This document shows, piece by piece, positions 21,783 through 30,853 of a stretch of 43,350 nucleotides of DNA. Below the pieces are notes generated by a model. That model did not search any database and was not told the DNA's origin. It saw only the letters and a program-made list of their open reading frames with translations. Position 1 is the first letter of the stretch, and the number at the start of each line of letters is the position of its first letter. Both the position numbers and the translations under genes were made by a program. The stretch spans positions 1-43,350 of the forward strand of contig JAFCCD010000004.1 of NCBI GenBank assembly GCA_017610405.1, written 5' to 3'. The stretch is from Nanobdellota archaeon (GTDB taxonomy: Archaea; Nanobdellota; Nanobdellia; Pacearchaeales; GW2011-AR1).

Positions 21783-24311
21783 ATGGTTAAAAAGAGTATT
21801 AAGAATAAGATAGAATCAAAATATGATTTTGAAAAGATTGAAAAAAAATGGCAGAAGAAATGGGAAACTTCAAAGATTTTTCAGGTAAAAGAAAATAAAA
21901 AAAAGAAATTTTATGTTCTTGAAATGTATCCTTATCCTTCTGGTTCTGGATTGCATATAGGTCATGCTTTTAATTATTCAATAGGAGACATTTATGCTAG
22001 ATTTAAGAGAATGCAGGGATTTAACGTCTTGTATCCGATGGGATTTGATTCTTTTGGATTACCAGCAGAAAATGCGGCAATTCAGAAAAACAAACATCCG
22101 AAAAAATTTACAGAAGAAGTAATTCAAAATTTCATAAAACAACAAAAAGAACTGGGGTTGAGTTATGATTGGTTAAGAATTCTTAGAACACATACTCCTG
22201 AGTATTATAAATGGAATCAGTTTTTCTTTTTGAAATTTTTAGAAAAAGGACTTGTTTATAGAAAAAAAGCATCTGTTAATTGGTGTTCTAAATGTAATAC
22301 TGTTTTAGCTAATGAACAAGTTCACCAAGGAAAATGCTGGAGACATGAAAATGTAGGGGTTGAAGTGAAGCAGCTAGATCAATGGTTTATTAAAACTACA
22401 GAATATGCAGATGAACTTCTGAGAGATATTGATAAATTAGATTGGCCAGAGAGAATTAAAATCATGCAGAAAAATTGGATTGGTAAGAGTTATGGGACAG
22501 AGATTAATTTTGAGATCGAGACTCCTGCCCATGAAGGTTGTTCACCCGAACCTTCAAAAAAAGTTTGGCCCATTTTTACAACTAGGCCTGATACAATTTA
22601 TGGGGTTACATTCATGGTTGTTAGTACCCAGCATTATGATTTAGATCAATTAGTTAGTGCTGATCAAGAAAAAGATGTTGAAAAATTCCTAAAAAAAATA
22701 AAATCTGTGGGTAAGAAAAATTTAGAAGGTTTAGAAAAAGAAGGAGTTTTTACAGGAAGTTATGCAATTAATCCTGTGAATGGAGAAAAAATTCCTGTTT
22801 ATGTAGGTAATTTTGTCGTTGCTGATTATGGTTCTGGAATGGTTATGGGTGTCCCTGCTCATGATCAACGTGATTTTGAATTTGCAGAAAAATATAGTAT
22901 TCCTATGAAAATTGTTATTGAGCCAAAAGATTATGAGATTTATGAGAGAAAAGGACAATTAGCTAAAGCTTATACAGGAGAAGGATTTCTTGTTAATTCA
23001 GAAGAATTTAATGGCACTGAAAGCAAAACAGCAAGGGAAAAAATAACAAAATACCTTGAAAGGAAAAAACAAGGAAGGAAAACAATTCAGTATAAATTAA
23101 AAGATTGGCTGATTTCTCGTCAGAGATATTGGGGGACACCTATTCCTATCATATATTGTGAAAAATGTGGCATTGTACCTGTTGATGAAAAAGATTTACC
23201 TATAAAATTACCAGCAGATGTTAAATTTGGAAAAGGAAATCCATTAACAACTAATGAAAAATTCCTAAATACAAAATGTCCAAAATGTAATGGAAAAGCA
23301 AGGAGAGAAACAGATACTATGGATACTTTCTTTGATAGTTCTTGGTATTATTTGAGATATTGTGATAACTTAAACAATAAAAAACCGTTTGGCAAAAAAA
23401 AGATTGATTACTGGATGCCTGTTGACCAATATATTGGTGGTGCAGAACATGCTACGATGCATTTAATTTACGCAAGATTTTTTTCAAAAGTTCTTCGGGA
23501 TTTAGGATTTTTGAAATTTGATGAGCCATTTACAAAATTATTTAATCAAGGGATGCTTCATGGAGAAGACGGTTATGTTATGTCAAAATCTAGGGGAAAT
23601 GTTGTTCTTCCTGAAGAAGTTTCTAAAAAATATGGAATTGATACTGCTAGATTATTTTTAGTTTCAATAGCTTCTCCTGATACAGATATCCAATGGAGTT
23701 CAAAAGGAATTGAAGGAAGTTATAGGTTTGTTAAGAAAGTTATGAAGCATTTTGGAAATATAAAAATAGGAAAAACAGATGCACGAATAGAGAGTAAACT
23801 TAATAAGACAATTAAAGGGGTTACAGATGATATAAACAATTTTAGATATAATCTAGCGATTATTAAAATTAGAAATTTATTTGATAGAATTCCAGAAAAA
23901 ACTTCTAAAGAAGTTCTAGAAAAATTTTTGTTATTACTACATCCATTCTGCCCTCATTTCACAGAAGAACTTTGGCAGAATCTTGGGAATAAAAGTTTCT
24001 TAAGTTTACATAAATGGCCTATTACTAATGAAAAAAAGATAGATGAAAAATTAGAGAAACAAGAAGAACAGGTTGATAATTTAGTACAAGACATCAATAA
24101 TATTTTGAGAATTGTCAAGACAAAACCTAAGAGTGCAATAATTTATGTAATTCCAAATGAACAAGATATTTATGAAGATTATTTGGATAAAATTCAAAAA
24201 AGAACAAATCTTAATATTAGGATCTATTCGGCAAGTGATAAAAATAAATATGATCCTGAGAACAAATCAAAAAAAGTTAAGCAAGGTAGACCAGGAATTT
24301 ATTTAGAATAA
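21783..24311 (+). CDS. leuS: Leucyl-tRNA synthetase, bacterial type
   Basis: 842 aa. YPYPSGSGLHIGH, YPMGFDSFGLPAENAA, TTRPDTIYGVTFMVVS, GSGMVMGVPAHDQRDFEFAEKY, RYWGTPIPI, DTMDTFFDSSWYYLRY, VDQYIGGAEHATMHLIYARFF, and VMSKSRGN (the KMSKS motif). Each block parallels E. coli-type LeuRS rather than the archaeal type (which has FPMAWHITG). Confidence 0.9.
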   Translation: MVKKSIKNKIESKYDFEKIEKKWQKKWETSKIFQVKENKKKKFYVLEMYPYPSGSGLHIGHAFNYSIGDIYARFKRMQGFNVLYPMGFDSFGLPAENAAIQKNKHPKKFTEEVIQNFIKQQKELGLSYDWLRILRTHTPEYYKWNQFFFLKFLEKGLVYRKKASVNWCSKCNTVLANEQVHQGKCWRHENVGVEVKQLDQWFIKTTEYADELLRDIDKLDWPERIKIMQKNWIGKSYGTEINFEIETPAHEGCSPEPSKKVWPIFTTRPDTIYGVTFMVVSTQHYDLDQLVSADQEKDVEKFLKKIKSVGKKNLEGLEKEGVFTGSYAINPVNGEKIPVYVGNFVVADYGSGMVMGVPAHDQRDFEFAEKYSIPMKIVIEPKDYEIYERKGQLAKAYTGEGFLVNSEEFNGTESKTAREKITKYLERKKQGRKTIQYKLKDWLISRQRYWGTPIPIIYCEKCGIVPVDEKDLPIKLPADVKFGKGNPLTTNEKFLNTKCPKCNGKARRETDTMDTFFDSSWYYLRYCDNLNNKKPFGKKKIDYWMPVDQYIGGAEHATMHLIYARFFSKVLRDLGFLKFDEPFTKLFNQGMLHGEDGYVMSKSRGNVVLPEEVSKKYGIDTARLFLVSIASPDTDIQWSSKGIEGSYRFVKKVMKHFGNIKIGKTDARIESKLNKTIKGVTDDINNFRYNLAIIKIRNLFDRIPEKTSKEVLEKFLLLLHPFCPHFTEELWQNLGNKSFLSLHKWPITNEKKIDEKLEKQEEQVDNLVQDINNILRIVKTKPKSAIIYVIPNEQDIYEDYLDKIQKRTNLNIRIYSASDKNKYDPENKSKKVKQGRPGIYLE

Positions 24312-24313
24312 AA

Positions 24314-25336
24314 ATGAAAATAAAAAAAAAGGTAAGATATTCCTTGATAATATTTCTTGTGGTTGCTCTATTAACTTTTGTTATAATTTATGTTGTCTAT
24401 AAATCTGTAGAAATTAAGGTATGTAATGATGGGACTTTTTATGAGGATTGTTCTTTGATAAAGCCTTATTATTGTGATAATGGTATTTTAATAGAGAAGG
24501 CTTCTCTTTGCAAATGCAGTAATATAACTACAAAATTCGAAGAGTCATGTATTTCAAAGTATCAAACAAATCCTAAGAATATATCTTTAGACTATATTCT
24601 TCGAGGAGAAAAAGGAGAAATTTTTTTAACTGTTTATGAAAAAGCGTATGATTATGTTTCAAATGTTCCAAGATCTATTTATTATTCTGATGGAGAAATT
24701 CCCTCTAGAGCTGATTTTAAACTTAAAAATATGAATGAGGAAGAACAGAGAGAACTATTACTACCCTTACTTATAAAAATACAAGAAATTACTGAAAATA
24801 AAAATGATCAGGCAAGAATTGCAATAAGTCTTATCCAAAATATTGATTATGGTTCTTCAAATAAAATTGGTTTGTTTATGGGAAAAGAAATAAATCATTC
24901 AAGATATAATTATGAGGTGTTATATGATGAACAAGGAATTTGTGGAGAAAAAACAACTCTTTTGGCTTTTCTTTTAAGAGAAATGGGTTATAAACTTTCT
25001 CTCTTTTATTATGCACAAGAAAATCATGAAGTATTAGGAATTGGATGTCCTATTAGTAAGAGTTTTAATAGAACTGGTTATTGTTTTGTTGAAACAACAG
25101 GTCCTGCAATACTAAGCGATGATTCAATTGAATATGTGGGAGGAATAACCCTTAATTCAGAACCAGGGGTTATGCCCCTTTCTGAAGGAAATTCTCTTGG
25201 GAGAAATTTGTATGAATATTATGATGCAAAAATAATGAAGCGACTTCGAAAAGGGAAATTTGTTTTGTTCCCAAATTTAAAACTAGAAAAACTTCAAACA
25301 AAATATGGTTTGATTGAAGAATATCATGTTGGGTGA
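24314..25336 (+). CDS. Membrane-anchored protein with Cys-rich stalk and transglutaminase-like Cys-protease core (tentative)
   Basis: 340 aa. N-terminal TM. CNDGTFYEDCSLIKPYYCDNG...CKC. GICGEKTTLLAFLLREMGY ... NHEVLGI ... CFVETT is a candidate Cys-His-acid arrangement. Confidence 0.5.
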   Translation: MKIKKKVRYSLIIFLVVALLTFVIIYVVYKSVEIKVCNDGTFYEDCSLIKPYYCDNGILIEKASLCKCSNITTKFEESCISKYQTNPKNISLDYILRGEKGEIFLTVYEKAYDYVSNVPRSIYYSDGEIPSRADFKLKNMNEEEQRELLLPLLIKIQEITENKNDQARIAISLIQNIDYGSSNKIGLFMGKEINHSRYNYEVLYDEQGICGEKTTLLAFLLREMGYKLSLFYYAQENHEVLGIGCPISKSFNRTGYCFVETTGPAILSDDSIEYVGGITLNSEPGVMPLSEGNSLGRNLYEYYDAKIMKRLRKGKFVLFPNLKLEKLQTKYGLIEEYHVG

Positions 25337-27031
25337 TTATTCTATAACAGCCTTGATTCTTCTTATGCCAGCAGCAGAGGATTCTTCTTTTAGAATTTTG
25401 AATTTTCCAATTTCTTTTGTGTTTTTTACATGGGGGCCTGTACAGATTTCTCTTGAAAAATTTCCAATATTATAAACACTGACTTTATTAGGATATTTTG
25501 AACCGAATTCTGATTGTATTCCTGAAGCTAGAGCTTTTTTCAAAGGCATTTCTTCTCTTTTGATAGTAAGGGCATTTGAGATTTTTTTATTAACTAAATT
25601 CTCAACTTTTTTTATTTCTTGTTCTGTAAGTTTTCTTGGAAAATTAAAATCAAATCTCAATCTTTCAGAAGTTATGTTTGAACCTCTTTGGTTGATGTTT
25701 TTATTTAAAACACTTCTTAGGGCTTCATTTAATAAGTGTGTGGCTGTGTGGAGTTTTGTTGTTTTTTCAGAATGATCTGCCAATCCTGATTTGAATTTCC
25801 CTGCCGACGCTGTTTGTGAAAGTTTTTGATGTTGAACTTGTTCTTTTTGGAAATCTTTTGCAGAGAACCTGATTTTATTTTCCTTACAAAGATCTTCAAT
25901 TATCTCTAAAGGAAAACCATATGACTGAAAAAGTAAAAATGAATTTTTTCCTGAAAGTTGCTTTTTATTTTTTGTTAATTTTTCAAAGATTCTCAATCCT
26001 TTATCTAAAGTTAATTCGAATTTATTTTCTTCTTCTTTTATAATTTTGTAAATACTATCCTTTTGTGAGTGTAAATGCTTATAGTCAGGATATATTTCAA
26101 ATATTGTACCTATTAATGGTACTATTAAATTTCTATAGTGACCAATCTTGTTTAAGTGTGTATATGCTCTTCTAATTAGTTTTCTTAGAATATACCCTTG
26201 TTCTTTATTAGAAGGAATTATACCTTCTGCTGCAATGAAAACAGCAGCCTTGGTGTGATCTGCAATAATTCTCATAATTCTTTTATTTTTTTCAGAATTA
26301 TATGAAATCCCAAATAAATGTTCTATTTCGTCAAGTATTGGTTTCCAAACTTCTGTGAGATAATTATCATCTAAATTATTTAGAATAGCAAGAGTTCTTT
26401 CAACCCCCATTCCTGTGTCCACATTTTTTTGTTTTAATGAATTATAATTACCTTTTGAATCTTTATCATATTGCATAAAAACATTGTTCCAGATTTCAAA
26501 CCCTTTAACAAACATTTCTGAATCTGGCCCACAAGGCCCTGTTTCTCCTGCAGGTCCCCACCAATTATCTTTTTTCCCTAAAAATTTTATTTTTTTTATT
26601 CCAAGAGATTTCCAAATTTTTTCTGATTCAATATCTTTTTTAGCATTTTTATCTCCTTTAAAACAAGTTATAATTATTTTTTCTTTAGGGATATTAAGAT
26701 TCTTAGTTAAAAATTCAAAACTCATTTCTATAGCTTCTTTTTTCCAATAATCTCCAAGAGACCAGTTTCCAAGCATTTCAAAAAAAGTATGATGAGTTGC
26801 ATCTCCAACTTCTTCAATATCTGTGGTTCTTATGCATTTTTGGATATTTACAAGTTTTTTTCCAAGAGGATGTTTTTGACCAAGCAAATATGGGACTAAT
26901 GGGTGCATTCCAGCAGTTGTGAAAAGAACAGTTGGGTCATCTTTTGGAATCAACGAGGCATTTGGAATTATTTTATGTCCTTTTGATTCAAAGAATTTTA
27001 GATATTTTTTAATAAGCTGTTTCCTCTCCAT
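25337..27031 (-). CDS. alaS: Alanyl-tRNA synthetase, bacterial type, short form (no C-Ala domain)
   Basis: 564 aa. FF..KGH...P.ASLIPKDDPTVLFTTAGM, QKCIRT.DIEEVGD..HHTFFEMLGNWSLGDYWK, DTGMGVERT. Editing-domain motifs HTATHLLNEAL and CTGPHV. Ends at GIRRIKAVIE, where longer AlaRS proteins continue into a coiled coil and the C-Ala domain. Confidence 0.85.
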   Translation of the reverse strand: MERKQLIKKYLKFFESKGHKIIPNASLIPKDDPTVLFTTAGMHPLVPYLLGQKHPLGKKLVNIQKCIRTTDIEEVGDATHHTFFEMLGNWSLGDYWKKEAIEMSFEFLTKNLNIPKEKIIITCFKGDKNAKKDIESEKIWKSLGIKKIKFLGKKDNWWGPAGETGPCGPDSEMFVKGFEIWNNVFMQYDKDSKGNYNSLKQKNVDTGMGVERTLAILNNLDDNYLTEVWKPILDEIEHLFGISYNSEKNKRIMRIIADHTKAAVFIAAEGIIPSNKEQGYILRKLIRRAYTHLNKIGHYRNLIVPLIGTIFEIYPDYKHLHSQKDSIYKIIKEEENKFELTLDKGLRIFEKLTKNKKQLSGKNSFLLFQSYGFPLEIIEDLCKENKIRFSAKDFQKEQVQHQKLSQTASAGKFKSGLADHSEKTTKLHTATHLLNEALRSVLNKNINQRGSNITSERLRFDFNFPRKLTEQEIKKVENLVNKKISNALTIKREEMPLKKALASGIQSEFGSKYPNKVSVYNIGNFSREICTGPHVKNTKEIGKFKILKEESSAAGIRRIKAVIE

Positions 27032-27068
27032 TATTTAAGATAGAATCAGAGTTTTAAAAATTGTTTGA

Positions 27069-27437
27069 TTAAACTCCTCTTTGCTGTAGATCGTTAAGTC
27101 TATTTTGAATTTCTTGTAACTGTGCCTCTAGATTTTTTTCAACAGGTTTTGTTTTCTTAGATGAGAATCTTGTTTTTTCTCCAAATTCTTCCCGGAGTAT
27201 ATCTGGAATTTTTGGTTTTGGAAGTAGTTTTTGTAATCTTCCTAAAAATATTTTTAGTTCTTTTAATTCTTTGTAAAGTTTTGATTTTAATTCAAGTTCT
27301 TGAGACCGATAAAAACCATACCCCTTCATAGTTTTGGCAATTTTTAACAGGGTCATTTGTAATGATAGAATCTCTCTTTTTGTTTGAAAAGCTTCTTGAT
27401 ATTTAAGCCTTACATGTATAGGGTTTTCATTAGTCAT
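27069..27437 (-). CDS. Hypothetical coiled-coil protein
   Basis: 122-aa ORF, 1 nt downstream of the preceding ORF and co-directional with it. Heptad-like Leu/Lys/Glu pattern. Confidence 0.55.
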   Translation of the reverse strand: MTNENPIHVRLKYQEAFQTKREILSLQMTLLKIAKTMKGYGFYRSQELELKSKLYKELKELKIFLGRLQKLLPKPKIPDILREEFGEKTRFSSKKTKPVEKNLEAQLQEIQNRLNDLQQRGV

Positions 27438-27438
27438 T

Positions 27439-27969
27439 TTATATCTTAGAAAAAATATCTCTATCTACTTTTTCTATTTGTTCTTTCATAGACCTTACTT
27501 CATTTTCCCAAGTTTTTAATTCACTTTCTTCCTTTTCTTTTATTTCTTTGACATCTTCTAAAATTCTTTCAATGTGAGACATTTTCTTTTTTGTTTCATT
27601 GAATATTTTTAATGCTTCTTCAAATCGATCAATTCTTATGAATATTGGTTCTGCAATATTCTTTCCTTGTCCAAATCTTGTTTCTTTTATTTCTTTAATA
27701 AGAGGTTTTCTTGCTGGCCCTTGCATCATTCTTATTTCATCCTTATCCAAAAAATCATTTGCAAAAGACCCATTCTCTTTTTCCCCAGCAACAGCATCTT
27801 TTATTGTGTCATTAGAAAATTTTGTTCCTAAAGAATTAGAAGGAAAACTAGGTAATTTATGTATTTGGTTTGGTTCATCTGGTAATTCTGAAAGTTCAGG
27901 GAGTTTTGGAAGGGGGGGTAATGAAGAAACTTCTTTTTTTACACTTTTCTTTTTATTAAATAAACTCAT
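27439..27969 (-). CDS. Hypothetical protein: Pro-rich N-terminus plus C-terminal coiled coil
   Basis: 176 aa. LPPLPKLPELSELPDEP, then EPIFIRIDRFEEALKIFNETKKKM...ELKTWENEV...IEKVDRDIF. Confidence 0.55.
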   Translation of the reverse strand: MSLFNKKKSVKKEVSSLPPLPKLPELSELPDEPNQIHKLPSFPSNSLGTKFSNDTIKDAVAGEKENGSFANDFLDKDEIRMMQGPARKPLIKEIKETRFGQGKNIAEPIFIRIDRFEEALKIFNETKKKMSHIERILEDVKEIKEKEESELKTWENEVRSMKEQIEKVDRDIFSKI

Positions 27970-28109
27970 TTTATCATTTGAATATAGATTTTCTAATATA
28001 TATAAAATACCCCTCAGGTTTAAAAACTTTTATTTTTTTATAAAAGTTGTAAATTAATCGAAAGTTATTTAATCTCTTTCGTTTTGTTTTAGAATTCAGG
28101 ATAAATTTC

Positions 28110-28976
28110 ATGACTATTCAAAAAACAAAAATAAAGGAAAAAACTGAAAATGAAAAATCTAGTCTTCCTTCTAATAATCAAGATAATACTTTAAAAAAAA
28201 TTCTTAGAGAAGTTATTACACTTGTTGTTGGAAAACAAGCAGAAGAGATAGTTGATTTGTTAGATACAAAAAAGCATGTAAATGAATTTCTTTTAGCTAA
28301 AAAATTAGATCTTACAATTAATCAAACAAGAAATATTTTATATAAAATTTCTGATCATGGCCTTGTTTCTTACATAAGAAAGAAGGATAAAAAGAAGGGT
28401 TGGTATACTTATTTTTGGAAAATTGAAGTTTTGAAATCTCTTAAATTTATGAAGAATGTTTTAATTAAAAAAATAGGCCAATTGAAACATAAAATAAAGA
28501 GTAGAGAAACTAAGAGATTTTATGTGTGTGATAGGTGTGCCATAGAAATTACAGAAGAACATGCTTTAATTTGTAATTTTACCTGTAATGAATGTGGAGA
28601 TATTCTTTCTTTGAAAGATAATGTTAAACTTATAAGAGATATGAAAAAGAATTTTGAAAAATTAAAGAAAGAATTGGAATTTTTAGAAGAAGAAATAATA
28701 AAGGAGACTGAAAAAGTTGAGAAAATTAAATTAAAAGAAATAAAAAAAGAAAAAGCAAAAACTCAAAAAAAATCAGGCAAAAAAAAGATTGTCAAAGTAA
28801 AAAAATCTATTAAAAAACCAACAAAGAAATCAATAAAGAAAAAACTAATAAAGAAACCTGTTAAAAAAAAGTCTCTTAAGAAAACTGTTAAAATAAAAAA
28901 GAAACCAATAAAGAAAAAATTAGTTAAGAAAAAACCTATTAAGAAAAAAATAACAAAAAAGAAATCTAAAAAATAA
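28110..28976 (+). CDS. tfe: Transcription factor E alpha (TFIIE-alpha homologue) with a long Lys-rich C-terminal tail
   Basis: 288 aa. wH domain (EEIVDLL....NEFLLAKKLDLTINQTRNILYKISDHGLVSYIRKKDKKKGWYTYFWKI). Zinc ribbon (CDRC....CNECG). About 80 aa of KKP(I/V/T)KKK repeats from about nt 28737. Confidence 0.85.
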   Translation: MTIQKTKIKEKTENEKSSLPSNNQDNTLKKILREVITLVVGKQAEEIVDLLDTKKHVNEFLLAKKLDLTINQTRNILYKISDHGLVSYIRKKDKKKGWYTYFWKIEVLKSLKFMKNVLIKKIGQLKHKIKSRETKRFYVCDRCAIEITEEHALICNFTCNECGDILSLKDNVKLIRDMKKNFEKLKKELEFLEEEIIKETEKVEKIKLKEIKKEKAKTQKKSGKKKIVKVKKSIKKPTKKSIKKKLIKKPVKKKSLKKTVKIKKKPIKKKLVKKKPIKKKITKKKSKK

Positions 28977-28984
28977 TCTTAGAA

Positions 28985-29653
28985 ATGAAAAAAATTTATA
29001 ATATTTCTCCAAAAAGAAAAAAGAATTTATTTGGTTCACTTAGTTTAACATTTATTATCATCTTGATTAATATTTTTGCTTTTATACTCTTCACGATTTT
29101 GATAGGATTGAAGGTTCCTTTAGATTATATTGCTATTAAACCTTTGAATATTACCCAAGGGAAATATCTATGGACATTTGTTACAAGCATGTTTATGCAT
29201 GGCTCATTTTTCCATATTTTTGCAAATATGTTTTCACTTTTCTTTGTTGGTTCATTAGTTGAAAAAATTCTTGGGAAGAAAAGATTTTTTTCTTTTTATA
29301 TGCTAGCTGGTCTTCTTGCAGGAGTGTTTTTTGTTTTTTTCTCCTTATTTTTCCCTGCTGATTTCAATACTTTTGCTGTGGGAGCGTCAGGAGCCTTATT
29401 TGGATTGATTGGTTTGCTAGTTCTTTTAACTCCTAATCTTCCTGTTTTTCTAATGTTTATCCCAATTCCAATAAAAATGAAATACGCTGGTCCAGGAATT
29501 TTGATTGTTTTATGGTTTATTTCAATTGCAGGAAATATTCCAATAGGGAATACAGCTCATTTTGGTGGACTTATCGCAGGGTTAGCATATGGATTATACC
29601 TAAAAAAGAAATATAAGAAAAAAACAAAATATATTAGTAAATATTTTAGTTAG
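28985..29653 (+). CDS. Rhomboid-family intramembrane serine protease
   Basis: 222 aa. HGSFFHIFANMFSLFFVG, catalytic GASGALFGLIG, and AHFGGLIAG. Confidence 0.85.
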   Translation: MKKIYNISPKRKKNLFGSLSLTFIIILINIFAFILFTILIGLKVPLDYIAIKPLNITQGKYLWTFVTSMFMHGSFFHIFANMFSLFFVGSLVEKILGKKRFFSFYMLAGLLAGVFFVFFSLFFPADFNTFAVGASGALFGLIGLLVLLTPNLPVFLMFIPIPIKMKYAGPGILIVLWFISIAGNIPIGNTAHFGGLIAGLAYGLYLKKKYKKKTKYISKYFS

Positions 29654-29675
29654 AAATTAAAAATTTGTTTTAAAA

Positions 29676-30380
29676 ATGCAAAACAAAAAAACAGAAAATT
29701 TTTTTACTGAGAATTATAGAAAAAGTTGGGAATATATTAAAGAATCTAAAAATTTTATCTACTCTATTTTGGTTATTTTCTTCTTATTTGTTCTCATAGG
29801 GGCTTTTGTTCCTGCTCCAGAACTTCTTGAGAAGAAAATTTTAGAATATATTCAGAAATTGTTAGAAATGACTTCTGGAATGTCTAGTGGAGAATTAATT
29901 AGCTTTATTTTTTTAAATAACATCCAGAGTAGTTTTTTTGGAATGATATTTGGAATTGTTTTTGGAATTTTTTCAATAATAACCTCCTCTTTGAATGGAT
30001 ATCTTTTGGGATTTGTTTCTTCAAGGGTAGTTTCTGAAAGAGGAATTTTTGTTTTGTTGAAACTTTTTCCCCATGGAATTTTTGAATTACCTGCATTATT
30101 TCTTTCAGCAGGACTTGGTTTAAGATTAGGTATATCTTTTATTTCCAAATATTTTAAATATTATTGGAAAAGAAAAAATACTCTTGCTCTATTGACAGGG
30201 ATATTGCTTTTACCTTTTTCTATAATATTTACTCTTATATTTAATAAAAAATTGAGAAAATATCAGTTTGAAGATTTTATTTTTAAGCTTAACAACTCTC
30301 TTCGAATATTTCTTTTTGTAGTATTTCCTCTTTTATTGATTGCAGCAATTATAGAAGGAATTCTCATCTATCTTTTGTGA
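29676..30380 (+). CDS. SpoIIM-like (stage II sporulation protein M family) membrane protein
   Basis: 234 aa, multi-TM. Signature PHGIFELPALFLSAGLGLRLG. Confidence 0.75.
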   Translation: MQNKKTENFFTENYRKSWEYIKESKNFIYSILVIFFLFVLIGAFVPAPELLEKKILEYIQKLLEMTSGMSSGELISFIFLNNIQSSFFGMIFGIVFGIFSIITSSLNGYLLGFVSSRVVSERGIFVLLKLFPHGIFELPALFLSAGLGLRLGISFISKYFKYYWKRKNTLALLTGILLLPFSIIFTLIFNKKLRKYQFEDFIFKLNNSLRIFLFVVFPLLLIAAIIEGILIYLL

Positions 30381-30423
30381 TAGGTTTTTTATATAATCTA
30401 GTATCTGTTTTCTGGATAAGATT

Positions 30424-30639
30424 TTATGCTTTCAAATCATTCATGCCCAAGATAATTAACAAAAAAGCAATCATAATACCTGCCCAGAAAATTCCTCCTT
30501 TAAGAAGAATCCATGCCGCATGTAGAAAATTAAAATCTTTTCCAAACAACATCCAAGAGTATGTGGATGAAGCCCATCCTACCAAAATTATTCCTATAAG
30601 AAGAATCAATCCCAAGATTAGTTCAAGCCATTTATTCAT
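30424..30639 (-). CDS. Small two-TM membrane protein (hypothetical)
   Basis: 71 aa with two clean hydrophobic helices (LILGLILLIGIILVGWA; GGIFWAGIMIAFLLIILG). Preferred over the overlapping GTG-started plus-strand ORF at 30377-30649. Confidence 0.5.
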   Translation of the reverse strand: MNKWLELILGLILLIGIILVGWASSTYSWMLFGKDFNFLHAAWILLKGGIFWAGIMIAFLLIILGMNDLKA

Positions 30640-30853
30640 GATTTTATAATAAGTTTTTCATTTAAAAAGATTTTTGTGATGCAATATTTGTTTTTTTAGA
30701 TAACTTTATAAGTTAATTCTTTTTTATTTTCCTATGGATTCAAATATAGGGTTTCTTGAAAGTTTGGCTATTCCTATTTATCAATCCTTCTAGTTTAGAC
30801 CAAATTAAATTTTAAGTTTTTTACTATTAATTTCAAACAAATTTAATATAAAA

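Noticed and set aside
22521-22560. Local GC-rich patch inside leuS (encoding ETPAHEGCSPEPSKK)
   Set aside because: Short, in frame, and located in a variable insertion region of LeuRS. No evidence of an independent element.
28059-28081. Hairpin CGAAAG-(11 nt)-CTTTCG in the tfe leader, and its resemblance to the TCGAAAGG motifs upstream of tfb
   Set aside because: It is only 6 bp, and the shared hexamer is short enough to be coincidence in this composition. Not reported as a regulatory feature.
30377-30649. GTG-initiated plus-strand 90-aa ORF
   Set aside because: Basic, irregular sequence that overlaps the spoIIM-like stop. The opposite-strand 71-aa ORF gives two clean TM helices, so I preferred it, though neither is certain.
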